A stretch of 56,233 nt of DNA, the filler included, from Bipalium vagum (taxonomy: Eukaryota): NCBI GenBank assembly GCA_037834085.1. It is 3 parts of 3 records of this genome, joined end to end, with 100 filler letters (N's around TTAATTAATTAA, not from the genome) between each part and the next. Parts side by side here need not be neighbours in the genome. Positions count along the whole stretch, not along the records: positions 1 to 23,333 come from JBBMKC010209930.1; positions 23,434 to 40,528 come from JBBMKC010078644.1; 1 more part is not named here. One strand, 5' to 3'. The stretch's first letter is position 1. Every line of letters begins with the position of its first letter. Position numbers and translations under genes: made by a program. The notes under the pieces are model-generated. The model was not told where the DNA came from. It searched no databases and saw nothing but the letters and a program-made list of their open reading frames with translations. Shown one piece after another: positions 13,011-27,481 of the stretch.

Positions 13011-14580
13011 TGTCTTTCAGAGTTTAATTGATTAACTAACGAATCAATTACAATTCCAATGTGCAATGTCTAGAGGCACTACAACATATTACGCTGAATA
13101 TTTATTGATTTCAAGTTCCCATTTTAACTTAAGAGTAAGAATAACCAAGATAATTTTATATTAAAAATAGTGAATTCTGGGATTTATATAAGCCTGGGAT
13201 TATACATGATCATAGTAACATATAAAGTTAATTAGCCTCAGTAAAACTAAATAATTAGTATTAAGAAAAAATCTCTTAAGAGAAATAGTTTAAAATCTTC
13301 AGATATTGCCGAACATTACGTTTTGATCATTTATAAATCACAGTGGGGATGATTGTGGTTAATGAAAAATATTTCAATTTCAAAATGTGTCCACTATGGC
13401 CCAATACCAATACTTTTATATCAAAAATGTTCAAGTTGTACGAGAATTTTGTTTCTACCATTCATAGATTTCAAAAATCCGATCTTCATAATAAGTTTGT
13501 CAAGACCTTTCAATCTGTTGATAAAGTTTATTTCATTTTGAGATAATAATTTTGAAAAAATGTCACGATATTTATTTATCTTTAATTGACAACTTTTTTC
13601 TTTTATTTTCAAAATTTTACAACTTTAGGTATAAACATACATATTATTAAAACATATTAAAACTTATTCATATGCATAATTCGATGTTGCACAATTGATT
13701 ACCAAAAGGATCATAAGATATTGTAAAATTTCGTTCATTTGCACTATTATTAGGTCAATAAAAGGAAAGCTTGTTGTGTAAATCTTTGACCCGTGACCGT
13801 TTTAGACAGAAATAATATTTTAAAAATTTTAAAAACATCTTTTTAAAAATAAAATATTGCCCTGGAATATTTGCCGAATAATTTTAATAATGACCATTCG
13901 TAAATTTTTATAATAATATTTTAATTAATAACATTAACCTTTAACGCCGGATTTTTAATTAATGTTGATATTCATTATTTATTTGTGCCTATTAAAAAAA
14001 AGTTTGAACTTTACTTCACATTTTTCTCTGTACTGATAATAATTAAAAACTTGAATATAAATTAAAAGATCCAAAAATAAATATATTTGTTTTGAAGTGT
14101 GGAAAATATCGAAAATGTCATTTATTAGTTCAGTTAATTTGCAAATGATAAATAATTTTTAAAAATTCCAAACATAAAAAATATTAGAAAGTCTAAATAT
14201 ATCCTTTTATGATTTTGTTTAAATTATTCATTAAAATTAAATAATTTCAAAAGTAATTTTAAATATAAACGTGTGGCCCTTTTGAAAAACTATAATTAAT
14301 TTTATAAAATAATTATTAATATTTTAAAAGTAATTTTAAAATTGTTTTACAAGTTTTTCTGAGTTTTTAATTAATTAGCTATTAAATTAATATGATAAAT
14401 GATTCTTTAGTTTTTAATATTGCAATTTTCAATAAATTGATTTGATACTTTATTTAGCTCATCAGAAGAAATATTCAAAAATCATTAGAACATTTTACCT
14501 AATTGATATCATTATCAACTTTTTAAGAATTGCAGGATTGCTTTGTCATTGAAAGGATCTTTTTGTATTAACATCTATAG

Positions 14581-14640
14581 CAGTTGTTCTCAATCCCGAG
14601 GTCGCGACCCAAAACGGGGTCGCCAAATTATGGTAGGTGT
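14581..14640 (+). mobile_element. hAT (Charlie/Buster-like) terminal sequence
   Basis: CAGTTGTTCTCAATCCCGAGGTCGCGACCCAAAACGGGGTCGCC resembles CAGTGGTTCTCAAC...GGGGTCGCGACCC hAT ends. The partner end was not found. Confidence 0.55.
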
Positions 14641-15967
14641 ATAAATTATTACATGTGAAAAAATCATGTTTTATGATGCTTTTAAGTAAATAGTTTATGA
14701 TGCAGAGTTATCTACTTCGGTTCACAATTACCTTAACTATTATCTGATAATTTTATATTATATATTGGTTTTATTGATTTTATTAAATACAGTGAGTTAT
14801 GACTTATTTTTAGTAGTATTGAATTTCTTTACGATCTTAAAAATGAATTGCTATAGAAAAAGGTCTTAACCGATGATTTATAGTCTTAAACTCCACAACT
14901 TTTTTTCCCTGCCAAAACCAAGCGTGAAAATTTGAACTATTACGACATGTAACTATATATCTCTTTACATTTATAAAATATGCTTATATTTTATTATTAA
15001 AATTATTACTATGAAAATACGCACTAACCTACTAATAAAATACCAAGAATTATTTAAAACTTAAAACGCCCAAACCTAAAATATTGTCAGATGATATAGT
15101 TTACTAATTCAAATGTTATAGCCTATACATAAGGGAGACAGCGTCACCTCAGAGCTCGTATTTGTAAGCATTTTCAATAAAGTAAAACCATTAGAATTTT
15201 TTCGCATTTAAACTTAAGTAATTAATTTTTAACTATCATGATTTTTTCATTCATTTAACTTATTATTTTTAATTTCTTATTATTACTAAACTATTAGATT
15301 ATAATTAGATTCCCATGGTCCGAATACATTCATAATTTTTTCTGATAATTTCTATTAAAACAATTTTGAAAAATTATGAAATTCATATTTTTGTAATATT
15401 TTTGGAAAAATTAATCATAATTTTTTGAATTTCTTCAGTAATATTACTTTTATTATTTTTATCATACTCTGGTCATTTTGAAGCTCTTTTTTTAGTCAGC
15501 TGTTCTTATAAAATATAATTTATGCAAATCAAACTCTTATTTATTCTTCATATAGCTTGAGACGTTTGCAACAGATGTTTGAAAATCCTCACAATAGGCC
15601 AGGGTAATTAAACCTAGAGACTACTTTAAAATTTATTATAATTCTTTATATTCGGTAGTAATTAGTTGAGTAGAGCTAAGATCACTAAAAGAATTGACAA
15701 TCTTATTAAATTCTGTACAAATACAAAATATAAAGAACATATTTTCTTAATTACCGCGGGCATTAATTTTTTATTCATTTTACTTTCAGTGCTTCACAGT
15801 TAAATTGTTTATACTTTTAAAATCCTATTTCGATGCTTATCATTAAAACAAGAAACTAAATAATGTTTTATATTGACTCTTTATATTAACAGTTTGGATT
15901 ATATATTTCAGATTTCTAAAGAGATGAGGAAAAGAAAATGAAATAATAGACTCTTTTACGTGATAAA

Positions 15968-15998
<31 letters not shown>

Positions 15999-16634
15999 GA
16001 TAATAATAAATTATGAAAATCATTTTTATCTTTTCCGTTCGTAAAGATGTTTAATGTCAATCAAGTTTTATTATTTTTCACAATTTTTACAACAAAATTT
16101 TCTTATGAAAACCAGAAAAATGAAAGACAAAACTGGGTTTTAATAGTTCATTTTATATTTTCTGGCTTATGTCTGCCAACGGTTGTGAGGAATTGGTATT
16201 GTAACTCGAATATATATTAAAATTTTTATAGTATTTTCAATTTTGAAAGGAGAAGTAAAAAATTAAATTATTTCTAAATAATGTTTGTTTTATTAAATTA
16301 TGTTCCAATAGTCGTGTACCACATGATGCTAATCTTGAAAATTAAAGAAAGTATATCTTTTTAATCAGACCAGAAATGAAATTAATTCAGGATCGTAAAC
16401 TTTAAGAAGCTCAATATTTTTATACGCAGCAGACTGACTTGACTTAGAAACTGAGCTTATCTTACTGGAGAAATGAGACAATAAAACCTTCCTTTTATGA
16501 TATTTATTTTTTCTTATAATTACAAAAAATAGAAAGATTTTTTTTCAAATTAAAGCCAAGTCGTGGAACAATTTAAATTAAAACCTTTTTACAAACGACA
16601 ACACGTAACATGTTTTTTTTCATATATTATAATA

Positions 16635-17822
16635 TTAGGGTGTCCCAAAAGTTCGTGGTCATCACAATATGAAATCAAAACAAGTATTTATTATAACATT
16701 TACAACATGAATCAGTCTTATAATTCGTTGTTTTTAATTGTCCTTAACCATCTTCCAGTTAATACTTTTATACCATTCATGTATAACTCTTTGGGCTTTG
16801 ATACAAAAAATCAGTAACACCGGTTCTCACTTCTTCCACATTCTGAAAACTTTTCTCTTGCAGTTGAGTCATGGAATGAAAGAGGCAATAATCCAACGGT
16901 GCAAGGTCCTGAATATATACTGAATGTGGTATTACCTCAATCCCTTATTTTATTTTTGGTTTGACAAGCAATATGTGGACGAGCATTGACCTGCTGTAAC
17001 AAGGCAGGCTTCCTGTTTATTAGAGCTGGATATTTGGCCGAAAGGTTTTCATACATACGTTGCAGCTGCTCAACATAAAACTGGGTTGTTATTGTACATC
17101 CATTTGGAACCAATTCAAATTGTATGGGACCCTCGTAATTCCACCAAACGCACAACAAAACCTTGTGTTCAAATCGTTGACGCTTGGCAGCGATTAAGTC
17201 TGATTAGGACTTAACCACTAATTTCGCAGTCTAGATTCCGGAAGTACATTTATTTATCATTTCAATTAACGATAGTTTTTAGAAATCGTTCATTTGGGTA
17301 GAGGAGGAATTTTTCACATATTAGCAAACATTTTTCCACTTGCTGATTCGGTATTAGTTTACGGTGTACTGAAATTTGAACTTCATTTGAAAGTCATCTG
17401 ACTGGTATAGGGATTTTCATCCAAAGAATACATAATTGCTTAGGAATCAATTGTTGAGTCTTCCAGAACGTGACTCATCATTAAGATCCGTATTTTCAGA
17501 ATTGAATCTTTTAAACCATTTGATAGCTGCGCTTTCACTGACAATTTTGTCTCCTTCAACTTCAATTTTTTCAACTGCAACAGATCTGGCACTGAATCCT
17601 TTTTTCTTATGAGAGAGGAGAAGGGTACGAACAGTATAGTTTTTATCAACTTTCATATTATTCTGTAATACAAAGAACAAAAAAATATTAGATCAATATA
17701 TTTCATTGCTAGCAAATTTTCAAAATAACAGTAAATAAGTTTATTTTATTAGGCTATTTAAACAATTTACCTTTAAATATTACAATTTCGAAAAGTGATC
17801 ACAAACTATTAGGAACCCATAA
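16635..17822 (-). mobile_element. Near-complete mariner (DD34D) element, pseudogenised
   Basis: Imperfect TIRs TTAGGGTGTCCCAAAAGTTCGTGGTCA / TGATCACAAACTATTAGGAACCCATAA with TA flanks. ORF pieces 17447-17680 (KWFKRF...DESRSGR) and 16937-17158 (LCVWWN...LQQVNARPH), plus YIQDLAPLDY matching YSPDLAPxDY. Confidence 0.9.
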
Positions 17823-20779
17823 TATTTTTTTTCATTGAAATCGTATTATTATAACTGTTAACCTGGAAATTTATTCCGACATGTCTTGTATGAAAAGTTT
17901 TCTTTCATTATATCCTTCAAAAACATATACAAAAGAATTCGACTTCACTTATTCTACATATTGCTTTAACCCAAACCAAATTTTCTGAACGTCATTTTGT
18001 ACTCAGTTTTTAAAAGTGATTAAGTTGACTTGGTCAACGTATAAGCCATAGACGATTAATCGAAGCTTCTGTAACTATTCATCCAAAAAAATTTTCGTTT
18101 TCATTGATATCTTTGTGATTTGGATTTTCAATTTAAAATATTTAATGAAATTATATTTTTGCTTTTATTAGTACATAAGATTGTATCATTAGTTTGTATC
18201 ATTAGATTGTATCATCATCAGTTTGTATAATACAATCTTTGGTGTGGTCTTAACAATTATTTCATTTTATGACCGAACAGCATTTGAAAAGCAAATGAAT
18301 TTTTTCAGAGAAAATTTGGTTTTCAACTCATTTTCCAATATTTTAAGGAAATCCTTTGAACTTAGGGATTAATTGAAATAATTTTGTATATTATTAAAAA
18401 TTTCAATGCCATTCTAATTCATATTAAATATATAACCGGTGGACTTAAGCTGACTTCTAAAATAATATTATAAGAAGCCAGTTCCCCGTTCATCAGTACA
18501 GGATCAATTTAATTGAAAAAACAGAAGACAGTAGAGAAAATAGTTCACAAGACTCAATTTTTATCAAATAAATATATTAAAATTATTAAATAAAAAAATT
18601 ATTTGACATTTTAGTATCAATTTATTAAAATATAAATTTCACAATGTTTTGTTACTTTTAAAGCTTAACTTTTTAAAATACTGTGAATATTAAAGTCATG
18701 AATTTTTCATTTCAATTATTATATTATATTTTAATACATTTAATATATTTTTTATAAAATTAATAAAGAAAATTTTAATTATTTTTAAAATGCATTTTAA
18801 GTTCCAAATTGTCCGTTTATTTAAGAAACTCAAATATTATGTTGAGAGAAAATTATTGTTGGTTTTCTATAATATATAAAAAATTTAAACCAAAAATATA
18901 TTAATAATTCGAATAATATTTGTATAATTATTGATTTATAATATTAGGATACGTAAGCCTCTGTAGAAATAAAATTTTATTTTATATTTTTTAATTTACT
19001 TGAATTCAAACATGCATATCAAATGAGCTTAAATTAAAAAGAAAAGCATCTTAGGCTGCATGCAATATCTGCCAATCAAGGTGATGTTCAACACACATTC
19101 TTTTGTGTGCTTTTTGTGAAATTCCGTTATTTGGGCTTTTTAAAGACGGTAATAATAAATTCTTAGAACGTTGGCAAAGTTTCATGAATAAAATTGAGAT
19201 TATTTTAATTAATAAAAATATTTTCATGTTAACCAATCGATTTTTATATTTGTGTTATAAAAAGGCGACAAAACAATTTTCTCAATCTATTATTTTCAAA
19301 CTATCTTTGTTTCAAAAATTTGAAACCATTCTATTATATATTTCAAAATTTTTTTCATTTCTTACATTTAACAAAATTTTGAAAGAATAATAATACTTCA
19401 ATAAAGTAACATTAAAAATTTATATGTTGAACTTATTTTTTTAATTTTCATATCAAAGATTACACAAACTTCAATATAGTCTCTCCTGCGAAGTAATAAA
19501 AAATATATAATTAGCATTTACTGTCTGTGGAATTTTTCAGTAATAATGCCTCCGTAACTTCTACGGTGATTTTTCATTTCTTTTTTCAATAAACCTAATG
19601 GATCAGCCAGGAATTGGATGGCATAAAAGCGCAATGTCACCACAGAATTCATCGTAAAATACTCTAATACGTTACAAAGAAAGAAAAAGATGAAAAAAAG
19701 TTAAAAATGTTGAAAAATTAGAAATTTAATTAACTTATACGAGCCCTAATGAACTGTATTCTAAACTTTAACTAGCAGCAGATATTTTTAAATGATTTGA
19801 CAAAATAATAAAAACCGTAAACATAAATAATGCGAGCTTTTCAAAAAATCAATAGCAAACACAGGATGTATCATATCATTTTATTATTTTGTAAATCAAT
19901 TTTGTTACTTATAAATTATAATATTTACATGTAAAAGAATATGTGAAAGAATTTAAAAAGCAAAATACACTTTACACAAGCATACAAAAACTAAATGTAA
20001 TTACAACCAATAAAACCAGTTTCCTCAGATATTTAGGCAGGAAAAAACGAGCTAATTTGTTTCTAATTAATTTTTTATTTTAAGAGTTTTCCATTTTCTT
20101 TCTTTTATTTTTAATCAGTTCTGATCATTCCATATTTAGTAACAAAGAGATCTACTGTTACTGTCAGATGAGGAGTTTTTTAAAAATCTTTTTAACCCCG
20201 TAATTTTCAATTATATGTTTAAAAATGATTATTATGTGCTTAAATCCAATGATTTCACACTATACCAAATATTTGAAAAATCTAATAATAAAATCTCTCT
20301 GGAACTATTCTTCATTTGAGATAAATTAATTTTTCATAAAATCTAAGAAAAATTATTTAGCTAGAATTGTACTCTGCTTAAGAACTTTAAGTTTTTGTTC
20401 TGTTTTTTTAATCAATATAATATAAAATCAAATCATTTAGTTTCAGTAAACAAAATTAAACATTTGAAGGGGAAAAAAGTTTAAAAGATAAAATTTGTAT
20501 TTATATTTTATTAAATCAGTTTTTCTTCATCTCATTATCGAAGTAATGGCAAGCTTTGGTAAAGTATGAAATTTCGAATATTAACTTGTGGGAAATCCAA
20601 CTTTCAAAAAAGAAACTTGCCACAGAAATATTTATCTTTATATGACAATAAATAAATATTAAATATATAATTTATAATAATTGGTATAATATTTTCCACT
20701 CTTTAATACTACAATCAATAAATTTTCGTAAAAATGTTAACTGAATTAATGCAAAATGTTCAGGAAAATTGCTAAATCA

Positions 20780-21530
20780 TCTAAATAATTTTTCTAAAAA
20801 ATGTAATAGCATTGTAAAAATATTGCAACAATTTCAAAAATTATTTAGAAACAATCCCAATTTGAAAAATATCTTGATTTTTGAATCTAATAAAGTTTTT
20901 AAAGGCTGTTTCAAAATGGTAATGATCTTTGAACTCTAATCTTCAAGAAGTGATCAAGATGTTTGATAAAATTAAAATCTGTTGGACCCAAGTCTGGTGA
21001 AAAATGGTGGATGAGGACGAATTTTTGACTACCAAAAAATGCGCCATTACTTTTCGATGACCTAATACTGATAAAGTATCAAGGTGAACATCCACTGTTA
21101 TTTTCTTTTCCGAATGAAATTATCAGGAAATAATTCCGTTGCTTAGCAACTTACATCACATACATTAATTACCTTTTGAAAATCCTGCATTGTGCTGTTA
21201 ATTATTTCCAGACAAATGCGAAAAAATAACTTAAATCGTGAAACACAATATTTTTTCAATTATTTCCACAATTTACCGAAAAATTTAAGTAAACAAGAAC
21301 ACAAAAATTGGTTTAAAAAACCTTTTAATAATGACTTATTATTTATAAAAAAATATTTCGCGTTTATAATTTTTCGATGTTTTATGTTCTCAAATAGATA
21401 AATTAAAAGACAATTTATCATTGATTGTTTAAATAAATCTATTTTCTTTTGTTTTTTGTTTTTATTGATAAAAACAACATATAAAGAGATTTTTAATAGT
21501 GTCACTGATTGAAAAAAAAATGCCAACGAA
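20780..21530 (-). mobile_element. Mariner relic
   Basis: Minus-strand PHPPFSPDLGPTDFNFIKHLDHFL at ~21020-20945; the rest is degraded. Confidence 0.7.
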
Positions 21531-22339
21531 GAAAACGAGCGTTTACATTACATTATCTAAATTAACGATTTTGAAACATCAATTACTTTCGATGGGAGAT
21601 TCTGTAAATTGATTTTAGCCTTATTAATCATAATAAAAGTTTATGATAGCTTTGATATTTTGTTACTTGGCCCGAAGGGGTCTTCATAAAAACCATTACT
21701 TCATTTATAATGTAGCCCTTTATTTTGTAATAATGATCAAACAGACATTCGGTTGAAAATTAATACAGAAAATATTTTCCATAAATAAATAATATTTTAT
21801 TTTTCCTTGATGGCTGCCAAATTATAAATGCAGATCAACCAAACTGCAATTATTGCCGTATAATGATAAAATAATTGGAATAAATTTTATATAATACCAT
21901 GGTAATTAATTAACTGTGACTTAATTATTTTTCCTTTCAGAGCAATCAATCATCACTAATTTAAATCGATCTCATTGCAGTGGAATCAAGCTACATGTTT
22001 GCCCATATAAGATTTCATATTGTTAAATCCTAAGGAAAAATATTAAGCTCTTTATGTAATAAGTTATTAATAATAACTATGCAGTGTTTCATTTCTCAGT
22101 AAATTTAAACAATCAAAGTAAACCAATTAAAATGTCTCTAATGAACGCAAATAACAGTAAATCAATTAATGGAGTGGTTTTAGAGGTTCACTAGTTGGAT
22201 TTTGAAAGCGATTTGATTTCCAAAACCCAGCTTAATTAGTAAAATTCTTAACAGGTAAAGACTAAAAGTTCGAAGGGTGAATATAATAAAATAAGAAGAA
22301 TGAAGAAAATTATTGAGTTCATGGAATACTGATGAAGAT

Positions 22340-22600
22340 TGATCTGTTTCTTTATCCGACAGTTTACATGGTCTACCGGTTTCAATGATTTGATCATTTC
22401 AAATTTGTATCCATCCAACATTCCATATAACTCAAATTTATGTAATAAATTTACAACCGCGTTATGAGAAGAAACATTGCATTGACCAAATATGGAATTG
22501 CATTTTCAAATATTGCCGTTATACATGATTCATTCTAATAATGATTTTTTATAATTTCTATTCGCTGAGTTATTGATTTGTTCATTCTTAAAATGTCTGT
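22340..22600 (-). mobile_element. Tc1/mariner HTH fragment
   Basis: Pieces SHNAVVNLLHKFELYG and TGRPCKLSDKET (GRPR-like linker). Confidence 0.45.
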
Positions 22601-22725
22601 CTATTAATAATCTTTAAACAAAAAGTAAGTACTTTAGTATTACCGGAAAAAATAACAGCCAATTTAAAATGTCAGTCCTTTTTGGGAGCATGTTTTTTAT
22701 ACATATTTTCCAAATTAATTATTCA

Positions 22726-22727
<2 letters not shown>

Positions 22728-22792
<65 letters not shown>
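22728..22792. repeat. (TTA)n microsatellite
   Basis: Direct reading. Confidence 0.95.
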
Positions 22793-23269
22793 GCAAAGCA
22801 AACAAAAATATAAAATACGGAAAATATACACAAAAATTAAAAGTATAGTTTCGATCGATAAAAGAAAAAGCAAATTTTTAATATAAAATTTATATATTTA
22901 AATATATATATACAATTATTTTTGTCATTTTAATAATTTGCTTTTTGCTTATTAAATATGAATTCAGTAAATTACTGAATTAATTAATTATTGTTTTAAT
23001 GGCTTGAACGTAATTATTTTAATATTTTTTCCGAATGTGAACGGCAGCAATTAATGAAAAATTTTTTTATTACATAAATTGTTTCGATAAAATATAAAGT
23101 ATTTTATATTGGCGTATTTTATAATGAAAATTGAATATTTTGCTAAAGCATATCCGTCAAACAGGATATTTTTAATTATCTGTACTGCTGAACATATTAA
23201 GGATAATGTAAAGAAATTGAGGGATAAAAGTGTTATAATTATTTTTTAGTTTTATGTACAGGGTTATTC

Positions 23270-23333
23270 CTTAATATATTTAAAAGTATAACTTAATATA
23301 TTTAAAAGTATAACTTAATATATTTAAAAGTAT
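23270..23333. repeat. 22-bp tandem repeat CTTAATATATTTAAAAGTATAA (~3 copies) running into the gap
   Basis: Direct reading. Confidence 0.9.
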
Positions 23334-23433
23334 NNNNNNNNNNNNNNNNNNNNNNNNNNNNNNNNNNNNNNNNNNNNTTAATTAATTAANNNNNNNNNNN
23401 NNNNNNNNNNNNNNNNNNNNNNNNNNNNNNNNN
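23334..23433. other. Artificial 100-bp assembly spacer N44-TTAATTAATTAA-N44
   Basis: An exact six-frame-stop palindrome centred in Ns; an identical structure lies at 40529-40628. Confidence 0.97.

Positions 23434-23510
<77 letters not shown>
23434..23510. repeat. (AAT)n microsatellite
   Basis: Direct reading; abuts the gap. Confidence 0.95.
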
Positions 23511-23559
23511 TTAGTATAATTTTTTACATCTTTTAATAATTTTTTCACACTTGAGAATT

Positions 23560-24240
23560 TATGATTTCCATCATAGAAAAATGTACTTGGTGCTTTCATA
23601 ATTCTTAATCACGCTATCCCATTGAACGAAAAAATTGATAATGTAAGCAATGTTTGATTAGTACTGAATTTTTAATTCATCTTTTAGAATTTTTTCTAAC
23701 ATGAGGTCAGTTGTTTTCATATACCAATGTCACATTCTTTTGTCTGGCAATCAAATCTGTTCATTTGTAAAGTACATTTTACCGTTACAATTTTTGAATG
23801 GCTTATAATAACAAATGGATTCTTAAGACATCCATTTGCCTTACTTTTGAATCTCATTTATATTATGTCATCGGTTTGAAGTTGCTTATAGGATGATGTT
23901 CCTTAATAAGGGTAATTGTTCTTTATTGTTCTTCGTCTAATAGCGCTTTGGAGTTTTCCTATCCTTTTGTTAATGTTACTTGTCTTTCTTATCTGATACT
24001 CCGCTCGTAAATGTTTGAAAGCATTCTCAACAAGTTGTTTCAGCTGAAACATATTTTCCATGGTCCTCCACACAATTTATTTGCATCAATGGCACTCTTC
24101 TTCAGTTTGAACGGGAAAAGTAGAACCAATAATTTACGACAACAAAATATCAAATGCAGTAAAATCTTTTTCAAAAAACTGATATATAAATCGGTACCTC
24201 CGAAACACTAATTTAGACAAACAGCAAAATAAGAAATGCA
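23560..24240 (-). mobile_element. Mos1-like mariner relic
   Basis: The minus-strand piece LKKSAIDANKLCGG resembles the Mos1-type FxLKKxAAESHRML HTH; the downstream sequence is degraded. Confidence 0.6.
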
Positions 24241-24623
24241 AAAGTATCTTTATTCAAAAATTAAATGCATAATTTAAAAAGGGGGAATCATAATTGTACG
24301 TTTAATACTATGTCTGTTGGGTATTGATTTATTAGGGATGCATTAAATAAGCTCAAAATGTTAAATATTACGTGAATTATAATAGTTTTAAAAATTAGTT
24401 TTAAAATCGGACATTTCATATGTGACAACCTAATACGTACTTTGCTTCGAAATGATTTTGTGGGAGATAATTTTTCAGCTTCTATGATGTGTGCAATTGA
24501 AATAAGTAAAAATTGGAAAAGCCCTTGGAGGAAGAACGAAGTGATTTCAAGAAAAATGAAACCTAAGTAACATGGATCAGTATTTACTGAAGGAGAACAT
24601 TAACGGAATTCTGTTATCATATA

Positions 24624-25550
24624 CAAGGTGTCTCAAAAAATGTTACCACTTTTAAAAAGAAAATAATCTGACGTGAAATCATTTTAAAAGTTATTTTCCA
24701 AATTTGTTAATGCTCTTTCAGAAGATATTTCAGATATGAGAATAGAGTTTTGTGAATGGTACTTGGAAAAATGCAAAGGCGATATGCATTTTCAAAGACA
24801 GGTCGTTTGGAGTGATGAGGCCAATTTTAAATTAAATGGTTTCATAAATCGCCATAATTTCACCTATTGGGCTATTCGAGATCCAAACATTACCCGTTAA
24901 CGTAACGACAACTTACCATGAGTGAAATCTTAGTGCGGCCTGCGACCTTTTTTCATCGACATTGCATTAACGGGTGCCAATTACCTAAGTCTTTTACAAG
25001 AACTTATTATTCCAAGAATTAATGAAGAATTTGGAGATAAGGATTTTCATTCCAGCAAGATGATGCATCTGCACATTACCAATGCAAATGAGGTAATATG
25101 ACAATGATCTGTCAAACATATAGATTGGAAGCAGAGGTTCAAAGGAATTTCCTTTTTGAACAGCAGATCTAAAGCTAATGGATTTTTTTCTTCTAAGAAT
25201 ATATGAAGGACAAAGTTTACAGCACAACATCAGCGACTAATGCAAAACTAAAAGTTTTATTACACCGAAAAGTGCTAAAATTATAAAAGAAATGATTATT
25301 GAAGTTTGCTTTTTATTGGCTTCCCAATATCAGCAACGTTTAAACCAAGACGGTTTTCACTTTTAGAGCATGTGATAACAAATTTGAGTACTTTGATGTT
25401 TTAGACTGTACCTCAAAAACTGTACAAACCTTCCATGGTGTTTTTCACATTTTTTTATGATAGTTTATTAAAACTACAAAATCGTTATCTTAACTAAACT
25501 ATGTAAGTTATTTACTTTTGAAAAGTGGTAACATTTTTTGGGACACCTTG
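24624..25550 (+). mobile_element. Internally deleted rosa/DD41D-like Tc1-mariner element
   Basis: Near-perfect TIRs CAAGGTGTCTCAAAAAATGTTACCACTTTT / AAAAGTGGTAACATTTTTTGGGACACCTTG. Translation gives RIEFCEW...VVWSDEANFKLNGFINRHNFTYW, QQDDASAHY and ADLKLMDFFL. Confidence 0.88.
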
Positions 25551-25599
25551 AACATATAAAACTGTTAAATATGTAACGTGGGAAATTCGAATTTTTAGA

Positions 25600-26290
25600 A
25601 AAAAAATCATAATACTTTTTTATCACTTATCTTAATGGGATTAAGAATACTTGAATCAATTACCTATTTTCCTCCTCCACAGAAATCAATTATTTTTTGG
25701 TGTTTGGATCTACAAAATATACGGAATGGTTCACAGTTAAATGTTTAAATCCAATATTTTTTAATATTATTATATGCTCTCCATTGATCATTAATAACAA
25801 TTGTGTTACTTCGGCATATACCTTGAACTATTGGTAGTAGAGTTTCTGCTGTCCTGTTCTCAACTATCTCTTAAAATATTTTAGGTGGTTCATAACTGGT
25901 ATCACCACCTAATTTACATGGATTTTGTGTGAAATAAAAATCACAACATTTTTGTAAATCATCATAGAAGTCAATAATTACATCTTTTATAACATTTACT
26001 TCGTTTTTATGTCCATTTCTTTTTCATTTATGAACCATTTCCATAGCAACTTAATACCGACACTTAGATGAGAACGGTATTTCTCAAAAATAGAATCGGT
26101 TCTTATTCAAAAATATTTTTTATAATTATTTCATTTTGTTTCCATTTCTCGTTTATGGCTTGATTAGCATTGGTTTAGAACAGAATTTGCATGGCGAACA
26201 TTGTTTTAAAACGCCTTTCGAGAAAACGTAGATAGCAATTTCCGGGGGAAAAGAAGTAATTGATCCGAATACTTTTTTATGGCAGTGTTT
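25600..26290 (-). mobile_element. Merlin (IS1595/ISXO2-like) transposase relic
   Basis: VENRTAETLLPIVQGICRSNTIVINDQWRAYNNI...HLTVNHSVYFVDP. Confidence 0.8.
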
Positions 26291-27410
26291 TCTTACCTAT
26301 TTTTAATTTGTAAACATATATAAGTTGTTGCTGTTGTTGTTATTGTTGTCATAAGAATAAAAAATACCAATGACTGTGGACTCATATTTATTTATAATAA
26401 AAGAAAAATATCAATTTGTAACACAAAATTCTGAAAAAACCCACAAATGTTACACTGTTGAATATTTAGCTCAGTCAAACCATTGTACTTGTCCAAAGAA
26501 AAAACCATTTTTTCTTTTATTTTTTTTGCAAATAAAATTACTTCTTAAAAATGAAAAATTCATTAGGAAATCTTTAGAAATGGTTGCATAGAGTTCTGCG
26601 ATTTATTTATTCTCACTTATGATAATATTCATAATATTATCATAATAATATGTAATATTTTCTTTTTAAATATACTCGAATATTAGACTCATCCTTTATC
26701 AGATACAATATCAATAATAGGACATCAGGATATCATTTCGATCATTTCGCACTGTGATTCAACGTTAATATTTTTATAAAAATTATCTTTTTTTTAATGA
26801 AAAATTTTTTTATTAAAAACTTTAACATAATGGAATTTTTAATAGAAAGGTCTTTGGATGATCTCCGTTGTTCGACTATTTAAAAACTAATTTCTGTATT
26901 ATTGTTATTTTTATATTTTAATAATATTTTATTTTCTTAGTTAATTTTTATCATATTTTTTTAATTTATTTATTAAATATTATTATATTATTCATTGCAT
27001 TTTATAAAAATACAAAGTTTCTAGTCTTGACAATTTGAACTAATTAAATTAGGTGAATAAAAAAGTTTTTTTTTACAAATATATAATAATTTAATAATAA
27101 TCGAAATAAAAATATTAATATTAATAATGTCAAATAATATTAAAATAAGATCATTTTAAAATAAAATTAATATTAAATTATAATGTTTTCTTTATTTTAA
27201 AAAACTTTTATTATTCAAAATAAATTTATTAAAATTAACATTTGTGACAACTGAAAATAATTTTTAATAATATTATTTTTGAAGTTAAATATATAAAGTA
27301 ATTTGGTAGCAAAATAATTAATTATTAGTGAATTATTTTGACTAATAAAATTAAATTAAATAATTAATTATTAAAACCTAAATGAAAGTTGAAAATAAAG
27401 TTTAAAATAG

Positions 27411-27429
27411 TAATAATAATAATAAAAAT

Positions 27430-27480
<51 letters not shown>
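27411..27480. repeat. (AAT)n microsatellite
   Basis: Direct reading. Confidence 0.9.

Positions 27481-27481
<1 letters not shown>

Noticed and set aside
23378-23599. ORF with poly-L/poly-I and X residues
   Set aside because: Artefact of the (AAT)n microsatellite, Ns and the linker stop.
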